Virus record (IMG/VR): IMGVR_UViG_3300009987_000001
Coordinates: 1-64,000 of that record
DNA from: a virus
Direction: 5' to 3' (one strand)
Length of the DNA: 64,000 bases
Under the pieces are notes generated by a model that made no database searches, was not told the DNA's origin, and saw only the letters and a list, made by a program, of their open reading frames with translations. Positions 59,901 through 64,000 of this stretch are shown here, piece by piece (within the stretch, counting starts at the first letter, position 1; each line of letters begins with the position of its first letter). Made by a program: the position numbers and the translations under genes.

Positions 59901-61041
59901 CAGCGTTCTGTGCACGCTCGAGATCACGCAAGGGACTATCGCCCTCTTCCTCCGTGATCGGCTTGTCGTCCTCACCGCGGACGATCTTGCTGGTTGCAGT
60001 CGCGACATCGACCGGAGTCGTCACGAGCTCGCCAACGCCCTCCGCCAGCACCGCGCGGTTGTCTTTCTCGCCGGTGGCAACCTGCGCCAGTTTCTCGCCT
60101 GCCATGCCGCCGCCAACCTGCACGCCGGACTGGGCAGCCAGGTTACCTGCGACTCGAGCTGCAGCACCTTTGAACGGCGCCAACGGCACGCCTGCAGCAC
60201 CCATGGTTGCGGCGTCGAGCGCGGCAATCGGTCCTGCGCGCTTCGCTGCGCGCTTCTGTGCTCGCGCCATGAGCTTCTCGTCATCGACCGCAGCCTTGAG
60301 TGCATCGACGCTGAGCGTATCAACGCCTTCCTTCTCCAGGCTCTCGATCAGCGAGTTCACGTACTCGATGCGAGCTGACACAGCGCCGGATCCCGCCATG
60401 GCGCCAGGCAATCCGCCCGCCGCGCCACCAGCAATCGCGCCGGCAATCACCGGCACACTGTTCACGCCCGACCGCAGTCCGATCTCGGCGATGATTTTGA
60501 ACGGAGCGCGCTTGAATGCCTCGAAGGCCGGCACGCCGCGCTTGCTGTCCAGGAAGTCCAGTGTCTCTTCCGAGAACGGAATCTCATCGGCCTTACGTTT
60601 GAACTCGGCAGCTTGATCGAGCTCATCACCCGCACCGACGAATTGGTCGGCAACGAAGTTGTCCTTTTGCTTCGCTGTTGCCAGTGATCCTGGATCGGTC
60701 TTCTTGCGCTGTTCGACTTCGCGGCCAGGGATGACCGAACCAAATTCGTTCAGTGCCAGATCGCCCTGCTCTACATCGCGAGCCGTGGCGAGTCGATCGA
60801 TTGCGCCGCTGCCCTTGAATGACTTGCGCAGCTCGAAGTAGCCGGCACGGAGTTGATCCAAATAGCCGGCTTCCTCTTTCGGTTCGGGCTCTTCCTGCTG
60901 CACTTCGAAGCCAGGATCCAAGCCCTCGAAGTCAGTACCCGCAGCGAAAGCTTCCGCTGCGGGCTGACTTTCTTCATCGTCTAGCGGGGTCAAACCGGGG
61001 TCAAGCCCTTCAAACGGTGTACCCTCAGCAAATACTGGCAA
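53956..61041 (-). CDS. Giant (2361 aa) polyvalent internal-virion / ejection protein with PLxRFG-type domain and zincin-like motifs
   Basis: TTG start 8 nt after GAGGAG. HEAVH at 57778-57792, THEFIAH around aa 1314, YFPLARFG at 55990-56007. It has Gln/Ala and Pro/Thr/Ala low-complexity linkers, Gly/Ala hydrophobic segments and a hydrophobic C-terminal third. It lies just before the lysis genes. Confidence 0.7.
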   Translation of the reverse strand: MPVFAEGTPFEGLDPGLTPLDDEESQPAAEAFAAGTDFEGLDPGFEVQQEEPEPKEEAGYLDQLRAGYFELRKSFKGSGAIDRLATARDVEQGDLALNEFGSVIPGREVEQRKKTDPGSLATAKQKDNFVADQFVGAGDELDQAAEFKRKADEIPFSEETLDFLDSKRGVPAFEAFKRAPFKIIAEIGLRSGVNSVPVIAGAIAGGAAGGLPGAMAGSGAVSARIEYVNSLIESLEKEGVDTLSVDALKAAVDDEKLMARAQKRAAKRAGPIAALDAATMGAAGVPLAPFKGAAARVAGNLAAQSGVQVGGGMAGEKLAQVATGEKDNRAVLAEGVGELVTTPVDVATATSKIVRGEDDKPITEEEGDSPLRDLERAQNAARQAVAERGGDNLEQEMAAAVVQAEATSDLAAAERTEQQKRFADYVAGRQSNIDKDFNKVKATEQLEQEVTDTLVTKPVKKAMQRGEAINQVEEEAAQQIAARQSTQQATQATQPAVQQATQQAEQQIQEELQGGQAARDAAFDKLQQPIDKSAAFDQAERQRQDDTRKADAQRELQRAEQPLTEPNTRSLNATTTLEEASPNVFRTLKERRAAIAASKSSPAEARRAPAPEQSTTPAADGKVDSGVQPAASQQPAATEAPPAAGVAPKTLAERRARGVAPVPQGATEQPASATSPPLAAPTDQTSSVGTETAPKTLLERRKRQQLPADEAGGAAPVTPKTPRKPRSPDGKGATASPAAPTAQDTAGFSREPKTLKQQRRGPAAAGEQPASVSSTVAQQSQRYTEGEREILSMARKSTKEAVNEDDVQLLSGFVPMADAIKAVRKLRESGDIASTGPFSISRALQTDMKTATRVAERMQAEENAKPAAPSDMASRTREIYREDLPSRKGLTSMPIEKTRARFNREERAAGRKPDKAAFDKFMIEESKQGRVELIPYDNYGELTAEQRENAIQDPENKNRLYYYWRPTEQSAPDGKKFLKSDASSVSDETTVEAYREVDKVLSGSSETQSVNLFDLLSVLESKLSSADPYRKLATKLKGLPLSDVQVFLDGKITAEGWYVDRRIGLNPARFNDGNARAVLHTLLHEAVHAATSGAIDNNPALYKELTALTISVRTKARLQGVSTLDQNGREHYGIREDDAAEFVAEAFTNAKFQEFLRSVKAERTETLWQQFVRFVKEALGLSESFNFLDVIMSKTDEIFTGEREIVSTDQKRSREDSDQAPSGWSMAEPGEVPAGLTVQQAERQLKEFYAEFGKDAATVVATVADLPIEIRRAVEFAGLQTSVRGVHNGATGEVYVIAANHNDRTVGVIQTATHEFIAHKGLRAFLGSKREQIFLDVFKTASNRKWILDYAKQAGWDLRNPTYQIKVADEYIAYLSENLDFDQSLLQRVYDAMRAVLRKVGLVRDYTDNDLRRLLRMSRANARQIARANKEAKPNLFGPDLDFATDFRTNPQDRAPLQPQGILSRLGSTAEDQANYNPGVIGSRIDALKDFGQDRISTLLALIPRRNLVDFISKGKMDSTRRYLSLADRLDGRRNELMAETEKLAKRWMDYTKKNRAGARILGELMHAATLATVDPLVPYVSSLANKKPGRITPAMRQLEAERRAAYTALSQYANRLDQEGKEIYAAVRDSYQTDRQRVLQGIQERINASSANGQVKKALLDSLRKQFESGKVAGPYFPLARFGKYWAVAKDASGEVVSYVRRESQSEVTAWRRQMQAAGFKTDGGTKPANQSASVLKQIDPDFVAKVTDLADQVDPDMSDQIWQMYLQSLPETSLRKQFLHRKGRLGYTADALRSFGTNKFHAAHQIAKLEYMHRMESELVNMESEARALEQNNDSEAKWAVPLSDEFKERHKWARNPTNAAWANNLTALGFAYYLGTSPAAALVNLSQTAMVAFPTLGAEFGLAKSGAALLRAAAQWAGSRGPLANKLRGDERLAFDEALRIGLFTQTRTTDLAELGEQGENMGTGRAQLMKIITWLFQKTEQANREVTFLAAFRMAKEKGLSQEAAVEMAENFTWDSHFQYQSTNRPRFMQGDGKKVLFLFRQYSMNMSYRLARDFRNSTALKAMPPGERKKATIRLGGLLSMTFLNAGLTGLPFLWIGYAVLNAMLGTDDEPYDAEGSLRAWLEEWGGDTWASAIMDGSLSTATNATLSTRVGLGHLWLQEKPMGMNATDEYGWWLSQAAGPIGGLVFKGLKASELAEQDYGDRALEQMTPKAISDVLKLVRYARDGVTNKRGDEIIGRDELSNRDLFLQAIGFTPLQITQQYDKNRTIKNEETKIVQRRANVMNRLFLAAQNDDPTGVQESIKEIAAFNKANPTYPISASSIISSARQRSRYTQETVNGIRVEKKLRYLQEKYGND

Positions 61042-61046
61042 GTTGT

Positions 61047-61775
61047 TTACTCCTCTTCTTCGGTTTCCGCATCCGGTTGGTTGCCGTACGGGTCATTGCC
61101 TTGAGCAATGTACTTGATGTACTGCGCAGGAATGAAGCCATACAAACGCAAGAACTCTTCTGCGTTTCCTGGCTTGATGCGTTTGATCGCCTCGTTGATG
61201 ACCTGCGGCTTAGCGAAGGTCGGTTCAGCAGCCGGCTTGCCCGCCTGGTACGGCACGAAGTTCTGCCCGAGCTGCACGAACGTCTGCCCGCCGCGCGTGA
61301 CGGCAAGCGTCTCGATCTCGGAAATCACTCCGTCCTTGCCAATGGTTGACGCCTTCACAGTGCTGGTCGTGAATTTCTCTGGTTTGAACGTTCGCCGAAT
61401 GTTGCTGTCGCGCCGAGTGTCAGCGATCTTCTCCGCGCTCTTCCGGTTCTTCTCGCCTTCGCTCACCTGCACTGCACGCGTGGCCGCGCCTTCTTCCTTG
61501 CGTACTTTGAGATCTGCGTCGTTGCGCTCGCCCGCCGCCTTGTCTTGCTGTGTCTGCAAGGTGGCCTGGCCGGCCTGCCGTTGCGTCTCCAGGTCCTTGC
61601 TCGCCTGAATCTGCTTGTCTTGTTCAGCCGTGCGGTACTGTGCGTCGAGCTGGCGCAACCGAATTTCCTTCGCCTCCTCGAGCGCTGCGAAGTCTTTGCG
61701 GACTTGCACTTCTGCGTTCGCGACGAGCCCCTTGCCGAGGCCCGCCACGAGTCCTGCCGCTGCGATAGTGCCCAT
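61047..61775 (-). CDS. Internal virion protein candidate
   Basis: 242 aa with an N-terminal Gly/Ala hydrophobic segment followed by a charged coiled coil. TAATG overlap with the upstream gene. Confidence 0.55.
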   Translation of the reverse strand: MGTIAAAGLVAGLGKGLVANAEVQVRKDFAALEEAKEIRLRQLDAQYRTAEQDKQIQASKDLETQRQAGQATLQTQQDKAAGERNDADLKVRKEEGAATRAVQVSEGEKNRKSAEKIADTRRDSNIRRTFKPEKFTTSTVKASTIGKDGVISEIETLAVTRGGQTFVQLGQNFVPYQAGKPAAEPTFAKPQVINEAIKRIKPGNAEEFLRLYGFIPAQYIKYIAQGNDPYGNQPDAETEEEE

Positions 61776-62500
61776 TACGCCATCACCTCTTCTTCAGGTA
61801 TGTCATCGCCGGCTGCCACAGCTTCAGCTGCTGCCGGATCGCTTCCCTGAACCGGACTTGCTGCCGCTCCTCCGCTTGAGCCAGCGCTGGGAACCCCTTG
61901 TTGCCCTTGCTCAGGTCGTACGGACTGTTGGGAATCGTCACTGGCTTCTGAGAGCATTTGGTTGTAGTCACGTTCTGCTTGCGCCTTCTGTTCGGGTGAA
62001 ATGCTGTCCATCAACCGGCGCGCTTCGCCCGCGTCCACGTCGATGACTTGCATGACCATCTCTTGAGTAGAACCCAAGATCGCCTTCAGCTCGCCGTCAC
62101 TGAACGTCATCTGCTTCGCGCGTTCGGCGAGTTCGATCAGCATGTCCGGCACTTCCATCACCAGCTGCGGAATGACGGCAGCTTCCAAGTCCAACTTCTC
62201 GTCGATCTGTTGAATGATGAGTACGCTGGCTTTGACGATGCTGTCGACCTTCGCACCGGGCTGAAGCATATCGACCACTGTCGCACTGGTCTTGTCGTCG
62301 ACGTACATCATCTTGTAGAGCATCTTGATCGCCTCTTCGTACGACTGCTGCTCCTCGTCGCTCGCCGGTTCTTCGGACGTGACTTGACCGCCAGGTTCAG
62401 GCACGGCCGGTGCCGGCGCCTTCTCTGGTACTTCAGGCGCAGCAGGTTTCTTCTGCTGCGCCTCTTTCTTGGCTTTCGCCTTTTCGATCATGCCTGGCAT
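61775..62500 (-). CDS. Acidic internal virion protein candidate
   Basis: 241 aa, strongly acidic. TAATG overlap with the upstream gene. Confidence 0.55.
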   Translation of the reverse strand: MPGMIEKAKAKKEAQQKKPAAPEVPEKAPAPAVPEPGGQVTSEEPASDEEQQSYEEAIKMLYKMMYVDDKTSATVVDMLQPGAKVDSIVKASVLIIQQIDEKLDLEAAVIPQLVMEVPDMLIELAERAKQMTFSDGELKAILGSTQEMVMQVIDVDAGEARRLMDSISPEQKAQAERDYNQMLSEASDDSQQSVRPEQGQQGVPSAGSSGGAAASPVQGSDPAAAEAVAAGDDIPEEEVMA

Positions 62501-63327
62501 TAGTAACCCACCACGTAACGGCCATAGACGTCATCCGGGTTGCCTGGCTGCCCGCTGCTGCCACTACCCGGACGGTTGTTCATGAAGTCTGCGACCCGCT
62601 GCGCCCGGTCGATGAACCCACCGGGGATATTCAATGGCCGGTTCGCTGCGTCCTGCAGCTGTTTGATCTTCGCCGGATCGCGGAACTCCTGGTCGATCCG
62701 TTGCCGCTCGCGCCGCTCCTCCTGCAAGATGCGCTCCTGCTGCACGCCCGCTGCGACACCTTGCGCGGCCTGGCCAATCAGAGTCGCGGTTGCCGGGTTC
62801 GCCAGCGCCTTGCCGGCTACGCCCGCCGCCTTCGACAGCAATCCCGGTCCGCCTCCGGCCAGCGCTGCAGGAGGACCCACAGCAGCCGCACCGGACGCGG
62901 CGACACCTTCACCAGCCAACGCGGCGATCGGCGTGCTGGCGGGCGCAGCGGCGCCCACGGCAGCGGCTGTGTTGGCCGTCTCGGCGGCAGCGCCCGCTAC
63001 GGCACCAGCACCTTGAGCTGCGCCGCCAGCCGCTGCAGCAGCCTGTCCCGCCGCCTGGCCGCCGTTGAACAAGCCCTTCGCCGCCTTCAGCGGGCTGGCC
63101 AGCGCCGCACCGAACGCCTTCGCACCCGCCACGAACTTCGCCGCGAATCCACCGGCCGTAGACGCGAACGCGCCTGCCCCGGCGATGAGTGCCGTCCCAA
63201 GGGTGAAGATCGTCACGGCGGCGAGCAGGATCTTCCCGAACTTGCTCGACGCCAGCTTGCCCACGAAGCCGACGACCTTCTTGAACCCTTTCTTGATTCC
63301 CTTCGCTACTTTACTGAGAAACCCCAT
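62500..63327 (-). CDS. Gly/Ala-rich membrane-active internal virion protein candidate
   Basis: 275 aa. Basic amphipathic N-terminus, TM-like ILLAAVTIFTLGTALIAGAGAF, and a long GA-rich tract. The + ORFs here are shadows. Confidence 0.55.
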   Translation of the reverse strand: MGFLSKVAKGIKKGFKKVVGFVGKLASSKFGKILLAAVTIFTLGTALIAGAGAFASTAGGFAAKFVAGAKAFGAALASPLKAAKGLFNGGQAAGQAAAAAGGAAQGAGAVAGAAAETANTAAAVGAAAPASTPIAALAGEGVAASGAAAVGPPAALAGGGPGLLSKAAGVAGKALANPATATLIGQAAQGVAAGVQQERILQEERRERQRIDQEFRDPAKIKQLQDAANRPLNIPGGFIDRAQRVADFMNNRPGSGSSGQPGNPDDVYGRYVVGY

Positions 63328-63688
63328 TCTCCTCCTTTGCCTGCTCGAGCAGCGGTTTGCGCTCGCTGCGCGTGTACATCATTCCGTGCTGATTAAAACC
63401 AGCCTTGATCAGGATCATCTTCGCTGCCCACATTGGCGCGGTCATCTGCAGACCGGCGACTCGAATTGTCCTGGCGTTCTCCAGCACCCACGACCGGTAC
63501 GCCTTCAGCAATTTGTATCCTGCCCCTGGTTGCTCGGAGTACCAAAACACGATGTGACTTGCGTGCCGCTGTGACCAATACCCCGGCGCCGTCATTGCGA
63601 TCAGTACTGCTCGTGGCTCACCTTCAGGCCCGATCACTCGGGCATAGTGCTTGTTGTCTTGTCGCGCCTCGCGAAGGATGTCAGCCAT
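63311..63688 (-). CDS. Possible GNAT-like acetyltransferase-fold protein (start unresolved)
   Basis: The first canonical start after the upstream stop is ATG 63688 (MADILREARQ). The frame is open and coding-like up to 63790. IVFWYSEQPGAGYKLLKAY is a weak GNAT motif A. The track ORF is 63311..63943. Confidence 0.35.
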   Translation of the reverse strand: MADILREARQDNKHYARVIGPEGEPRAVLIAMTAPGYWSQRHASHIVFWYSEQPGAGYKLLKAYRSWVLENARTIRVAGLQMTAPMWAAKMILIKAGFNQHGMMYTRSERKPLLEQAKEENGVSQ

Positions 63689-63791
63689 CTTGCTGATGTC
63701 ATCGCGAAGCTCCGGGTACAGCTTCTTCGCTTGCTCGCGCGCTTTGCGCAGGATCCAGCTAGTGTCGGCGCTTGTTACGCGCCGAGGTACA

Positions 63792-64000
63792 CTAACGGGC
63801 GTTTGGAACGTAAATGCCTTTGTCTCCACCGGGTTTGAGGATTCCAATTTGTTTGCCGCTTGCATCGAACACCTGATAAATGCCAGCGCCACCAGGCTTT
63901 CCAGTGATCTGTTTGGTCGTTGTGCCGGGCGGCAAATTTGCATTGCCCACCGGCACGGTGCCTTGCGCGACTGGAGTGCTGCCGGGTGATGCGCCGAAGG
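63792..64000 (-). CDS. C-terminal 69 codons of a structural-module protein (5' end outside window)
   Basis: Hand translation: ...GTVPVGNANLPPGTTTKQITGKPGGAGIYQVFDASGKQIGILKPGGDKGIYVPNAR with TAG at 63794-63792. More protein-like than the overlapping N-terminal part of track ORF 63311..63943. Confidence 0.45.
   Translation of the reverse strand, partial: FGASPGSTPVAQGTVPVGNANLPPGTTTKQITGKPGGAGIYQVFDASGKQIGILKPGGDKGIYVPNAR

Larger units (their letters stand above)
1..64000. mobile_element. Segment of a GC-rich tailed-phage genome (podovirus-like layout); structural genes at both window ends imply a circular or permuted map
   Basis: Terminase, portal, scaffold, capsid, internal-virion, lysis and replication genes fill the window. 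No tape measure, sheath, integrase or host housekeeping block was recognised. Confidence 0.85.

Noticed and set aside
53956-61041. Giant ORF as an N4 gp50-like virion RNA polymerase
   Set aside because: The position is analogous, but I could not find T7-like RNAP motifs (T/DxxGR, Rx3Kx6-7YG, catalytic Asp pairs in context). The recognisable motifs are zincin-like and PLARFG. A profile search is needed to be sure.

Overview
The whole 64-kb window reads as a GC-rich tailed-phage genome with a podovirus-like layout. I see no host flank, integrase or phage RNA polymerase. All family calls come from motifs read by eye; no database search was run.

Layout:
- 1-17032 (minus strand): packaging and head module in the order terS, terL, a kinase-like ORF, portal, a six-enzyme glycosyltransferase/methyltransferase cassette, scaffold, major capsid, small structural ORFs, a possible gp11-like ORF, and a large structural ORF that runs off base 1.
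- 17100-19680: divergent control region with a thioredoxin-reductase-like gene lacking the CxxC pair, tRNA-His, long palindromes and a candidate early promoter with an operator.
- 19683-26800 (plus strand): early operon of small ORFs. Eight copies plus one remnant of a conserved ~47-nt long-hairpin element separate them.
- 26800-27790: non-coding block with a 36-bp palindrome, direct repeats, GGTGGATT iterons, a consensus DnaA box and A/T tracts, which looks like an origin of replication.
- 27738-34788 (plus strand): middle genes, including a PagL-like lipid A deacylase and a lipoprotein. The block ends at an intrinsic terminator followed by tRNA-Lys(UUU).
- 34934-52446 (plus strand): replication module with AEP primase fused to an SF3 helicase, dNMP kinase, a DUF2800-like nuclease, a DUF2815-like protein, family A DNA polymerase, VRR-NUC and an SNF2 helicase. 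It also holds a possible counter-defence cluster (NADAR, Nudix, a head-only CCA-type nucleotidyltransferase, HNH).
- 52527-64000 (minus strand): internal-virion and lysis module with a Gly/Ala-rich protein, two internal proteins, a 2361-aa polyvalent protein (PLARFG and HExxH motifs), a GH19 endolysin, a holin-like protein and an HExxH peptidase.

The most unusual signals are the intercistronic hairpin family, the glycosylation cassette inside the head module, and recurrent candidates for CTG initiation or frameshifting.
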